From the human T2T-CHM13v2.0 reference genome, Homo sapiens, in the NCBI RefSeq assembly GCF_009914755.1, contig NC_060925.1: a stretch of DNA of 64,000 nt. One strand, written 5' to 3'. A model generated the notes under the pieces. That model was not told the DNA's origin. It worked only from the letters and a program-made list of their open reading frames with translations, and did not search any database. Shown piece by piece: positions 1 through 14,276 of this stretch (position 1 is its first letter; the number at the start of each line of letters is the position of its first letter). Made by a program: the position numbers and the translations under genes.

Positions 1-8
1 AATAATCA

Positions 9-481
<473 letters not shown>

Positions 482-1008
482 TCAGGAGAGAAAGCAGATA
501 TATATCACAAACCTCTTGCTTACGTGAGAACTACGGTGTTTCTCAAGGTCTCACTTGTGAAATGGTGGGTCACCTTTTTCCCTCTCATAAGCCTGGCCTG
601 TTTAATAAACTCTATGTATACGTGTGTCAGCAGAGGGTGAGTGGAGAGTTTAAAGACCTTATCCGGGACCCCAGAATGGCAGATGAGGGAAGGGAATGAG
701 GTTCATGAGCACACTGTGCCCCCATTCCAGCCTGCTCCTGCCTGCTCTACAGACGCATTCGCTGAAACGTACCACGGATTAGCAGAAGGGTGGTTTGCAG
801 TGCATGTGCATAATGCTCAGGCTTGCAAAGGGCGGAAGGTCGCCAGGGGTTCTGAGCATCTCCAAAACTTCACGACAGAGGCCAACCCACCTGGGAACAC
901 AGTGACACTGGGACCCGAAGCCCCAGGAAGGTGGGCTCACTTTCGTTGTTAGTGGTGTCTCCGCTGCGAGGTCCATTCACGGCTCGTGTCTCCTCTTGTG
1001 TCTGACAG

Positions 1009-1102
1009 GCTGAAGTGTGTGCAGGCACCGTGGCAGAGGTGATCCAGTCTGTGGTCAACGGGGCAGATGGCTGCGTGTTCTGTTTCGGCCACGCCAAACT
1101 GG
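1009..1102 (+). CDS. KIF26B: KIF26B coding exon (probably exon 7), kinesin motor domain up to the P-loop
   Basis: Acceptor tctgacag|G, donor G|gttcgt. 94 bp translating [32 protein letters not shown]; joins the next exon in phase 1. Not in the ORF track. Confidence 0.95.
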
Positions 1103-2119
1103 GTTCGTGAGAGTTTCACTTTCTCATGCGGCTCGTTGAGCTCCCTGTCATCCCATGCATTCCTCTGTCTCCCTCCCAGAGTTCTCTGATGACAGGAAGG
1201 GCTGCGTTTCTCTTAGGTGTTGAGCTGAATAACCAATAACAAGTTATACGACGAAAACCTATGTTGTTCATTGTAGGTGGACACCCATTCATGTAGGAAA
1301 GCCTTCAAGTCCAAATAGATGGAAAGAGAAGTAGCAGAGTTGTTCCCACTTGGTCCAGGTCAGAGTCAAGCCCAGAAGGCAGGCAGGAAAATATTCATTT
1401 CCTGAGCAGCCGCTGTTTGGGAAGCAGATAGGGCCCCTTGCACCACCGCACCCATGAGGATGTGGGTTGGTGGTTGGACCCCTGTAAAAGCCAGAGGAGC
1501 AACCTCCAAGCAAAGCCCAGAGCCCAGGGCGCGTCTGGAGAAAGCAGTGCACACCGTCGGGAACACTCCAGCGCTGAAGCGTCTGGGAAAGGAGGCAGCA
1601 GAGCCCCCCAACAAGGGGTTCATAAATCCCCCCACAGTCCCATCTTACTTCTGACCTGTGGCCATCTGCTCCCCAGGCCTTGCCCTTACACGCTTGATAT
1701 GTTTAGTGAATTGAGGAGCTTCAAAAACTGTCCCTTGGCAGAGATTCCAACAGAGGCCTTGCTGGAGCTCACAGAGGCCAGTTCTCAGCCAGGACAGAAA
1801 GCCATTGCCTCTCTCTGCACTTCCGTCCTCCCCAGCCCTTTCTCTTGATCTTGATGTAAGCAGTGATCTGGGTTTTAATAGAATTTGCTCATGCCATAAA
1901 AATATACACAGCATTTAACTTGAGACAGGATATAAAGTGTGAATATGTGGACTTAATCTGGGGGGTAACTATAAAAAGAACCATAATGATGATGAAAAAG
2001 CCCAGCCTTCCCACTGTGTGTAAAGCAGTGCAGGAACTGGATAGCATGTGATATTTGGGGTCCTCCTCAAGGTACATGGTGATTTAATCTTGTCACATGT
2101 CTGGGCTCTTGCTTTGTTT

Positions 2120-2412
2120 CTTTTTTTTTTAAGAGATGGCTCTCAGTTGCCTGGGCTGGAGTACAGTGGCATGCTCATAGATTACTGTAACCTCCAATTC
2201 CTGGGCTCAAGTGATCCTCTCGCCTCAGCTTCCCAAGTAGCTGGGGCCACAGGCATGCCCCACCACACCCAGATAATTTTTAAAAATTTTTCATAGAGGC
2301 AGGGTCTCCGTATGTTGCCCAGACTGGCCTGGAACTCCTGGCCTCAAGCAATCCTCCCATCTTGGCCCCCACAAAGTGCTGAGGTTACAGGCATGAGCCA
2401 CTGAGCCCAACC
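2120..2412 (-). mobile_element. AluJ-like
   Basis: Poly-T followed by reverse Alu. Confidence 0.9.
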
Positions 2413-2623
2413 AGCATTCTTTATTGTAGCCATTTAGTTAGTAATACCAGAAAATGCCTTCTGTTGTTGTCAAATACTATTTCTCTCATCTTTTTGTTCC
2501 TTCTCTTCCCTTTTCCCCCCTTCCCTGTGCCTTTCTTCTATATCCTTGGCATCTATTTTGGAGACTCCGTGGAATGATGCCTGGACACTGAACCTGCTTT
2601 TCTTCCTTCCCTGGTTCTCCCAG

Positions 2624-2886
2624 GAAAATCCTACACCATGATCGGAAAGGATGATTCCATGCAGAACCTGGGCATCATTCCCTGTGCCATCTCTTGGCTC
2701 TTCAAGCTCATAAACGAACGCAAGGAAAAGACCGGCGCCCGTTTCTCAGTCCGGGTTTCCGCCGTGGAAGTGTGGGGGAAGGAGGAGAACCTGCGGGACC
2801 TGCTGTCGGAGGTGGCCACGGGCAGCCTGCAGGACGGCCAGTCCCCGGGCGTGTACCTCTGTGAGGACCCCATCTGCGGCACGCAG
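2624..2886 (+). CDS. KIF26B: KIF26B coding exon (probably exon 8)
   Basis: Polypyrimidine tract plus cag|GA, donor CAG|gtgatt. 263 bp: (G)[60 protein letters not shown]...PICGTQ. Confidence 0.96.
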
Positions 2887-3714
2887 GTGATTGCTTCTGA
2901 AGCCTGGCTCGCCCCAAGGTGGCTCCCTCCCCACCTCAGAGGCTGGGGCAGCTCCACCCGTGAATCACTGAACCTGTAAACTCAGAGGCTTACGGGTGTT
3001 TACTTTAAAGTGGACTGGAACTTTATGGCCTGCAGCTGTGGGGCCATCGGCTTGCCCAGTCTAAATATTTGTACCTTGACTCTAATTGACAATGAGCAGG
3101 GACCACAATTACAGCATTTGGGGGAGAAATGGAATTCACTTTCTTTATGCCCCTTTCAAAAAAAAAAAGTAACAATCTTTCTTTTGTTTAACAACAAACC
3201 GGAATATTTACTGCTCTGCACAAATAGCTAGAGCCATTACGGGGCTGTTGATGACTCTATAAACTGTGCTTCTGGCACTGGTTTACAGCCGGATTAGCAG
3301 TGCTGCAGGAAAAACTAATAACCACTTTCTAATTAGAACCGTGATATAATTGCTAGAACTATGGAAGCCAAGAGAAGCTCCAGTTCACCATTTCAGGATG
3401 CTAAGCCTGTTGGGAGGGTCTCTCCTTTGCTGTTTGACAACAGATGTAGGAATGACCCGGGAGCTGCAATTCATTCATATCCAGAATAATCAATCCTTCC
3501 AGTCTCTAACAGTAGGCTTTATTTTCCCGTGTTGTCAGATGCCTCCTTTTGTAGATAGGTGTTCCGTTTGATAAGTACCTGCCTCTTCCCAACTGGGATT
3601 GTTTGCACAGGTGAGGATACCTCCCGTGGCCTGTTATACTCATTACTCAAACCTGACCATGCTCTTCCCCTGCTTAAAGCACCTCAGATCCCTCCATTTC
3701 CCTGAGTCCTCTTT

Positions 3715-3882
3715 CGTCTGCATCTGTCACCTCGAGGACTTGTTTAAACACTGATCGCTGGGCACCCCCCCAGAGTTTCCAATTCAGTAGGTCTAGAGTA
3801 GAGCTCCAAAATGTGCATTTCCAACAAGTTCCCATGAGATGCTCATGCTGCCGGTCCAGGGATCACAGTTGGAAATCACTGT
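3715..3882. mobile_element. MER5A (hAT-Charlie)
   Basis: Matches recalled MER5A: cccccagagtttccaattcagtaggtct...tgcatttccaacaagttccc...ccggtccagggatcacag. Confidence 0.75.
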
Positions 3883-5150
3883 TCTGAGGCATCAAATGTG
3901 CAGAGACAGTATCTACACAGTGTCTGTGATGCAATCAGTAGGACTCGACCCACTGCTCCTGTTCCAGGCATTTTCTAGACATTCAAATATGCTTTCACCC
4001 CCATTCATTTTTAGAACTTCATTGATGAAATTCCACTAAGGGGTGAAAAGTCTGGTTAAATGAAGGCTAAGAAAAAGAAGAAAAGACCAATATTCCCTTT
4101 AATTCTTGTTGAAAAATCTTTTAAATTCTTTGGTTTATTTTTCCATAGCGAGACAAAATTTTGAACACAAAAGAATCTCTCTTTGAAGTCTGAGGATTTT
4201 GATGGCCTCAGGTTCTAAATATTGGCTCTTACAGTTCAAAATTATTTGTATAGTTAGAGTAGAAAATTGTCAGAATTTGTACCAACCTTAAGACATGTAC
4301 TGCAAATTAGTTCTTTGAACAAATCAGAAACATGAGTTGCCTTTTCTCCCCAAAAAGAGGAGTGCTGGTTCAATTCTGTTAATGTGATCGTTGTGATTCA
4401 GGTTTAAAATAATTGCCAAGTATTTTCATAAGATTCAGACGCATTACCCTGTGTGCTTTCTTTAATCAATTAATGAGTATGCCGGGAGCATGGATTCAGG
4501 AACTAAAGGTAAATAGGTATCTCCTAAATTTAGATGAGACATTCAAGTATCGTGAGTGTTTGAGGGTGCCCTTTACACTGGTTTCTTATTTATAACTATG
4601 CTAGTAAATATGGCCTAAAATTGGCTTTAATTAAATAACTGCAAAACTAGGAGTCAAATGAAAGCTAACCAAGTTTTTTTACATCTTTGGGACACCACTG
4701 CTATGAGGCCTCAAATCACATTTTGCAACCTACCTGTCTCCAAACAATCTAATCTTTGGACTCAAGATGCAGTCACATCGCTCCTGTTTTCTTAGGTAAA
4801 TGGATAGCCAGGGGTGTTGGTTTGCCGCCCTCTGCAGAGATAAGGATGAGCCATCTGCTCCCAGCTTTTCACACCCACTAGTTCCAGATTCTACTTAGAC
4901 TGTAAAGTAGGTAAAAATAGGTTTCATCCAATAAGTATGCTCAATATTAATTTTCAGAAATGAATTAATTAAGCTGAGAATTGCACATGAGCATAGCACC
5001 TTGTTTCAGAAGGGTTTTCAGCCTTAGAGGGGCACGTGGCTTTACTATACAGAACACACAGCCAGCTGAATGGTGCTGGGGACACCCAGGCATGAGTGAC
5101 AGCAAGCCCTCCTCAGCCTGCAGCCTCATCTCTTGGCTTCTGTCTTCCAG

Positions 5151-5334
5151 CTGCAGAACCAGAGCGAGCTGCGGGCCCCCACCGCAGAGAAGGCTGCCTT
5201 TTTCCTGGATGCCGCCATTGCCTCCCGCAGGAGCCACCAACAGGACTGTGATGAGGACGACCACCGCAACTCACACGTGTTCTTCACACTGCACATCTAC
5301 CAGTACCGGATGGAGAAGAGCGGGAAAGGGGGAA
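5151..5334 (+). CDS. KIF26B: KIF26B coding exon (probably exon 9), switch I region
   Basis: ttccag|CTG acceptor, A|gtaagt donor. 184 bp: [61 protein letters not shown]. Confidence 0.96.
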
Positions 5335-5408
5335 GTAAGTCGGCCACTCCACCCTCCTGCCTCCTTAGCGGCTCTGGCCCCAGCCAGAAATCCCTTGGGC
5401 AACCATGA

Positions 5409-5808
<400 letters not shown>

Positions 5809-6675
5809 TAATTCAAGATAATTATAGTATCTGGGCTGAAGTTCACTTTTGAACTGTCCAGGGAAAGGAGTTTGCTTTGGTAAAGGTAATTTACAAATGT
5901 CATTGCCATGAGAATGTGAGAGGTCAAAGTTACAAAAAGAAAACAACTGCCTGACAGTATCTTTTTGTTCACAGACCTCAAAAATGCTCCTCAAGAAAGA
6001 CCAACATTTATCCACCAAAGCACTCCGGCAGTGTGTTATCATCATTAGCTCGAGGCCACTGTATGGACCATGTTTTTTAAAATAGCATAGAAATCAGACT
6101 TTTGAATAACTACCCAGACCCTGGCTGCCTCCCTCAAATCGTCAGTGAAGGTTTACTGTCAAAACCCAGGTACGGTGCCTGCTCTTCGAGTGAGCTGCCC
6201 TGCCAGGAACCCAACACTGTGCCCCTACAGACCCCTCTTGGCTGTGTTTCCAAAGTCAGCCCGGGCTGGGGTGCAATTCTCTGCCTTCTGTGAAGTAGTG
6301 TTTACTCTATGCCCAAAAGAGTTGAGCACCAGATCAGCTGAATGTCTCCAGTGGGGATCTTGGACCAGGGGCAAAGTGGTCTGTTGATTTCACTGGGTTC
6401 CTAAGGCAGGTTGTGGGTAACGGGGCTGCTGGGCTGGCCGGGCAGTGGCTTCCGTGGTTCCTCCATGTCCCGCTCTGCCGGGCTTTCAATACACAGGCAA
6501 CTGGCTCCCAGCGCTTTCTGCATGATTGTCTCAAAGACACTGGATGCCAGAAAAACAATCAGAAAACTGAGTTAAGAGTCTAACCCTGGACTGGAAATTG
6601 TAAAGCTCATTGAGTAAAGCAGAGATGGTCCGCAAAGCTGTTGTAGATGAAGCCTAGAATGAAGACATCCAAGTA

Positions 6676-7031
<356 letters not shown>

Positions 7032-7164
7032 TCAAAAGACCTGGACAACAGTACTCCTGGGGAGAGAGCTCTTTGCGGGCTTCTGCTGTCCCCAGGCAAA
7101 AGCGCCTCCCTTCCCCCACCTCGGTGCCTCTCTTCCTACTCTTTAGTTACTGTTGTTAAAATCC

Positions 7165-7500
7165 AGGTTTATTGCAGTATAAGGTACATTCACCAAAACA
7201 TCACTTTGATGTGTCTTTAGATGAGTTTTGGCCAATCTATACAGTCATGTAGCCACCACCATTATCAAAATAGAGCATAAGGCTAAAGTTCCCTCTTGCC
7301 GTTTGTCCCTTCCCCTGACCTCTAGCCCCTGGCAACCACGGATCTGATTGTTGTCCTGGTTTTGCGTTTATCCAGGATATCGTGGGAATGGACTCGTGTG
7401 GCCCAGATGTGGCCTTTTGTGTCTGGCTTCTTTCACGTAGTGTCCTAATGCATTTGAGACTCCCCCATGCTGCAGCACGCGTCTCTTGTTTCTTCTGGTT
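7165..7500 (-). mobile_element. Old L1M (L1MB/ME-type) 3' end fragment
   Basis: gatgagttttggcc...ccaccaccattatcaaaatag...ctagcccctggcaaccacggatctg...tgtgtctggcttctttcac. Confidence 0.65.
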
Positions 7501-7529
7501 CCTGCTGCCTGTTCTGCCTGCTCCTTTAG

Positions 7530-7828
<299 letters not shown>

Positions 7829-8213
7829 TCTCCTTCAGTTTTGACTGGGCCTGGAGGCTTGGTTCCTACCCTACCACCAGGACAGAATGAAAATATCCAC
7901 AGCTGGGGCTGGAGTTCCTCTAACTGGGGCTGCTTTTTATGGCTCTGAAAATCAGCCCTGAGCTGCCTCCAGTGGCTGCTGTGAAGAACCGAGAGGTTCT
8001 GGTCCTCACTTACAGCGGGCGAGGCGCCCCAGGGAAGTGGCCCATTAGCTTGAGGGCAGCTCTCTCGACAGCCCATGATGGTGAGCAAAGTCTCACTGGA
8101 GAGGAGCCGAGGATAGTGAACGGGAATCTCTCGGGAGATGTATTCTTGGTAACAGGCTCACACCATGTAGAGCGCTTCCGTTTAGAATCACGTTCTTAAA
8201 GAAGGAAACGCAT

Positions 8214-8284
8214 TCGGATAGGGATGAGGAGATGCAGACCTTTAAAATCGGATAGGGATGAGGAGATGCAGACCTTTAAAATCG
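8214..8284. repeat. Perfect 34-bp tandem duplication
   Basis: tcggatagggatgaggagatgcagacctttaaaa x2 followed by tcg. Confidence 0.97.
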
Positions 8285-9703
8285 ACAGCACAATTGCATC
8301 CACATTTCTCCTGACTGTGTGGGAGTTGGCCTTGAACCCTGCCCTCACTGTTTTCTCCTGGGTAGTGTCTTCACCCTGTCAATGTAAGAGTCTGACAAAT
8401 GTTTAGTTTATTCTTTTAAGCAGCTGTCAGTAATCATCATCATCAGAGCCTGCAGGACTTTCTTGTACTTTCAGTAAAGAGTGACTCGCAAAACATCTAA
8501 CCCTTGAGCCAAATGACTCCCAAATGGCACTGATCAGAAAAACTTGGGAGATGGGATTATCTCTCCTCCTTCCAGGTTTCAAACCAAACTGAGGACAACT
8601 CTGTTTTCGGTTTTGTACTTTTTTTCTTTTTTGCAGTTCTGCTTTCGATTTGGAATCTGAAAGTAGGGAGAAATCTTGAAAACAAGGAAACAGTTCATTA
8701 AATGACTTCAAATATAAGAACTTGAAATTCAGATTCCACAAAAGTTTAGGCCAAGACATTCCCTAAACCCAGTGATCCACCCCAAATCAGTACCTAAGGA
8801 ATCCTGCACCCTTATTAAATATTTAATAGCCAGCTCATCTTCTTCCTATTTTTAAGTTGTGAAAGAGAATTGCTTTTAAATAATGCATTCAGGTTAAAAG
8901 AAAGGGCAAATACCACGAATGGTTTCCAAAACCTCGGTTAGGTCCTTCCTAATGTTTCAGTGGATGAGAACAAAGAAGGGGAAGGAGTCCAGGGGTCGTG
9001 CGATCGGCAGACCTGGGGGACATCTCTTCCCTCCCGAGGGGAAAGGATCCCGGCCAGAATGCACACGGCCTCCCCGCCTGGGACTCACTTGACTTCAGTG
9101 AATTTATAACTGTTTAAAATATAATGAGGAGATTTGGAGGGTTGTTTAAAATGGAAATTTTGTTTACTTACATATAAGTAATAATCCCTGCGGACCTGGC
9201 AGCCAGAACTCAATTAGGGGAAAGTTTATTAATTAGTCACCCTGCAGGGAAGCCATTAGAAGAGATCTCTGCCGCAAGAACTAAATAGACTCTGTGTGCG
9301 CCTCTGAATCTCATATGCACACATGCATTTTATACATTTTACACACAAATGCATCTTACATTTATAATTTTACACACAAATGCATTTTACACATATAAGT
9401 AGACAGACAAAAAAAAGTTTTAAACATTTCCAGTCAAAATAGAAAAGTCTTTGTTGATGTATCCCTGTTTTGCAGATAGCACTAGGTTAAGCTTAAAATA
9501 TCTCCCTGTTTAAAAGCTCATTGGAATTAGTGGGACTGATCCTTCAGCCTCATGGAGGCCTTCCTCTGCTTTGCGAAGCTAAATCTGTAATAGCTTGAGA
9601 GCCTCCTCGGGAATCCCAGCACTGGGAAACAGACCCTGAAGCCCTACTGATCAGAGAGCTGCTTCTCATAACGACGCGTGTACTGGGCACCTAAAACAAG
9701 GTG

Positions 9704-10035
9704 GTGCTTGGGACCAGAAGTGTTTCAGATTTCAGATTGTTTTCCGATTTTGGAATATTTGCATATGTAATGATCCCTTGGGAATGGGACCCAAATCTAA
9801 ATACAGATTTCATGTATGTTTCATATATGCCTTATAGACATAGCCTGAAGGTAACTTTATACAATATCTTCAATAATTTTGTGCATGAAACAAAGTTTTT
9901 ACTGCATTTTGACTGCAACCCCTCACGAGGTCAGGTGTGGAATTTTCCCCTTGTGGCATCATATTGGCCTTCAAAAAGTTTGAGATTCTTGGAGTATTTT
10001 GGATTTCAGATTTTTTGGGTTAGGGATGCTCAGCG
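9704..10035. mobile_element. Tigger4b/Zombi (TcMar-Tigger)
   Basis: gcttgggaccagaagtgtttcagatttc...gggacccaaatctaaa...gggttagggatgctcagc terminal repeat. Confidence 0.75.
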
Positions 10036-10334
10036 TGGACTAGTGATACTTCAGGGTAATGCGCTAATGATACGGAGATCGCACCTGTCCTGTTGACAAA
10101 GATAATTTCAAAAGCCCCACTTTTATGAGTAATCTAAGCATGCAAGCAACTGTTGCTCAAGGTCCACAATGACACCGGGTCTCTGATTTGTTCATTCTCT
10201 TTATTGCCTCTGTGGGGAGGATTAGAGGGCTTTGTAGGCTGGGCTGCTGTGTGCGCACACAAATGTATGTGCACATGGGCACACATCTGTGCTACACTCA
10301 TCTGTCTACACATCTCATCAGACTCTTTAATCTG

Positions 10335-10640
10335 TTTTTTTGTTTGTTTGTTTGTTTGTTTGTTTTTAACACTGAGTCTCGCACTGTCACCCAGGCTGGA
10401 GTGCAGTGGCGCAATCTCAACTCACTTCAACTTCCACCTCCTGGGTTCCCCGCGATTCTCCTGCCTCAGCCTCCTGAGTAGCTGAGATGACAGGCGTCCA
10501 CCACAACACCTGGCTAATTTTTGTGTTTTTTAGTAGAGACGGGGTTTCACCATGTTGGCCACGCTGGTCTCGAACTCCTGACCTCAAGTGATCCACCCAC
10601 CTCGGCCTCCCCAAAGTGCTGGGATTACCATACCTAGCCT
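10335..10640 (-). mobile_element. AluS with (TTTG)n tail
   Basis: Reverse Alu. Confidence 0.93.
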
Positions 10641-11502
10641 AATCTGCTTTCTTTTGACAATGCAAATGTTTTCTTTACATGTCATGGAATGGCTTAAATC
10701 AACTAATGCTGTATTTAGGGCTGTGTGGTGGATATGACTCTGGAGATCCATTCTTTGGGTGGCAGATGTGGGAAAAGAGGCTTAGGAAAGAACCTTGCTT
10801 CTAATGGAGCCACAGCCAGTCCCCTGCTGTCCCCAGCAGCGAAGCCCTGTGCAGCAAGGATGTCCACACACTACAGGGCTCTCATCTCCCGCTTGGTCAA
10901 TAATGAAGTGGCAGTTTCATCTTTTTAGGTTTTTGTAATCTATATGTTTTTAAATGTTGGCCAGGAGACACTATTCTGAAGAGTGCAGCCTGGAATTCCC
11001 ATCACCGCCTCCGTTTCTAATCTTCTCAAGCCTCCTGGCCACTCTCAGCAGGTAACTAGCATCTTAGTCAATGAGAAGACAGAGCTGACCTGGTGCATTC
11101 CTCAACTTCTCTTCTTTTGGTTTCATAGTCTCCTGGTCCCTTTACCTCAGTTTCCCCCCTGCTCCTTCCCACAGGCCTGCTGCTCCCGTCTCCTGGCATT
11201 CTTCCTCCTGCCCCTTCTGCCTCTTCTGGGACCTCACCAATTGGGACCCCCTCAGTGGTCTTTTCATGCTTATGTTTTCAGCCTTTCCTCCCACCAAAGT
11301 CAGGGTTACAGAAGGAAGAGAAGGAGGCAGGGAGGGAGGGAAAAGGAAAGGAAAGGAACCACAATGGCACCTTGCCTCTGCCACGCTCCTCTCCGATCGC
11401 CTCCTCAACAAAGACGTCAGATTCCCCTCTTTGTAATGTCTTCTTTGAATTTCAGCAGTGTGGGGGATGTTATGCTTTTGCCTTACTCCGCCTTATATTT
11501 TG

Positions 11503-12556
11503 GCTGTTTGTGAGCTAGTCCAAGCCCTATTGGACTATAGGTGCCTTGAGAAAGAGTGCCACAGTGCCAGGGCTGTGTCTGCTGCATGCTGTTTGTGAGC
11601 TTGTCCAAGCCCTATTAGACTATAGGTTCCTTGAGACAGAGTGCCACCGTCCTGGGGCTATGTCCGCAGCGTCAGTATCCAAGGCCTATTAGACTATAGG
11701 TTCCTTGAGACAGAGTGCCACAGTGCTGGGGCTGTGTCCGCTGCGTCAGTGTCCAAGCCCTATTAGACTATAGGGTCCTTGAGACAGAGTGCCACAGTGC
11801 TGGGGCTGTGTCTGCTGTGTGCTGTTTGTGAGCTTGTCCAAGCCCTATTAGACTATAGGTTCCTTGAGACAGAGTGCCACACTCCTGGGGCTGTGTCCAC
11901 TGCATCAGTGTCCAAGCCCTATTAGACTATAGGTTCCTTGAGACAGAGTGCCACAGTGCTGGGGCTGTGTCTGCTACGTGCTGTTGGTGAGCTTGTCCAA
12001 GCCCTATTAAACTATGGGTTCCTTGAGACAGACTGCCACAGTGCTGGTGCTGTGTCCGCTGCATGCTGTTGGTGAGCTTGTCCAAGCCCTATTAGACTAT
12101 AGGTTCCTTGAGACAGAGTGCCACAGTGCTGGGGCTGTGTCTGCTGCGTGCTGTTGGTGAGCTTGTCCAAGCCCTATTAGACTATAGGTTCCTTGAGACA
12201 GAGTGCCACAGTCCTGGGGCTGTGTCCACTGCATCAGTGTCCAAGCCCTATTAGACTATAGGTTCCTTGAGACAGAGTGCCACAGTGCTGGGGCTGTGTC
12301 CACTGCATCAGTGTCCAAGCCCTATTAGACTATAGGTTCCTTGAGACAGAGTGCCACAGTGCTGGGGCTGTGTCTGCTGCGTGCTGTTGGTGAGCTTGTC
12401 CAAGCCCTATTAAACTATGGGTTCCTTGAGACAGACTGCCACAGTGCTGGGGCTGTGTCTGCTGCGTGCTGTTGGTGAGCTTGTCCAAGCCCTATTAGAC
12501 TATGGGTTCCTTGAGACAGAGTGCCACAGTGCTGGGGCTGTGTCCGCTGCGTCAGT
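11503..12556. repeat. Minisatellite/VNTR, 13 units of 85 or 74 bp
   Basis: Units start with gtccaagccctattagactatagg at 11518, 11603, 11677, 11751, 11836, 11910, 11995, 12080, 12165, 12239, 12313, 12398, 12483. Confidence 0.97.
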
Positions 12557-12615
12557 GCTCAGGTCTCCTTTGTCCAAATGAAATGTGTGCTGTGGTTTTA
12601 AAAATGATTCTCTGC

Positions 12616-12876
12616 TCTCGAACTCCTGACCTCAGGTGATCCACCCACCTCGGCCAGCCTGGCCAACATGGTGAAACCCCCTCTTTACTAAAATTACAAA
12701 AATTAGTCAGGTGTGGTGGCAGGTGCCTATAATCCCAGCTACTTGGGAGGCTGAGGCAGGAGAATTGCTTGAACTCAGGAGTCAGAGGTTACAGGGTTGC
12801 AGTGAGCCGAGATGGCGCCACTGCACTCCAGCCTGGGCAATAGAGGGAAACTGTTTCAAAAAAAAAAAAAAAAAAA
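12616..12876 (+). mobile_element. 5'-truncated, 5'-inverted AluS
   Basis: 12616-12655 is reverse-complement left-arm sequence, then forward Alu to the poly(A). Confidence 0.88.
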
Positions 12877-12885
12877 GAATCTCTG

Positions 12886-13258
<373 letters not shown>

Positions 13259-13654
13259 TCACGTAAGCAGATGGTATTAGGTCAGAGAAGCCTCACAACG
13301 CAACAGAGTCAGGAGGCAGTCAGCTGACTGGGCAAGTATGTTAGAGGGGGAATTATAGAAAATGATGTATTCATAAAGGTGTTATCTGAAATTAAATAAT
13401 ACAAATGTATTTTTATTCATTGATCTTACGAACCACAAAGGGCCAAGGCTCTCTCTTTGAGTTTTCAATTCAATTAATTTGACTTCCACGAACCACATTC
13501 GTATTAACAGTTCAGTTTTTGCTTTGAATTTCTTCAAAGAGATTTAAGAGCTTAAAAAAACACTTTACAACCAACTGGGTATAGACTTTTTCTAGATTCT
13601 TACAGTATTTTCCACTCTATAATTCCTCATTCACACAAAATTCAACATCGTTAA

Positions 13655-13998
<344 letters not shown>

Positions 13999-14276
13999 TG
14001 AGTTTTTATAAAAACATTAACTCTCTTTACAAAATCATTTCATTGGCTTATACAGTATTTTATGTTTTTATTTAAAATAACAAGGGGCAGAAACCAATTT
14101 AGGAGGAAACACAGCTGACCTATTAAGAACTATGCAGCTGATTCTTTTTGGAGCAAAAGTGCACAAACTAGACCACAGCCTCCACTAACCACGAGCCCTC
14201 AGCGTGCTGTGGGCGTCAGGCAGAACTTCTTATGCAGGTGACCCAGAGCATTGCTGAACCTGGCCAGGTGGTAAGG

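Noticed and set aside
10983-11513. 176-aa ORF
   Set aside because: Driven by pyrimidine- and purine-rich low-complexity tracts; GTG start; no homology recognised
11503-12556. CRISPR-like array
   Set aside because: Variable parts are only two recurring tails rather than unique spacers, there are no cas genes, and the context is a eukaryotic intron. It is a VNTR.
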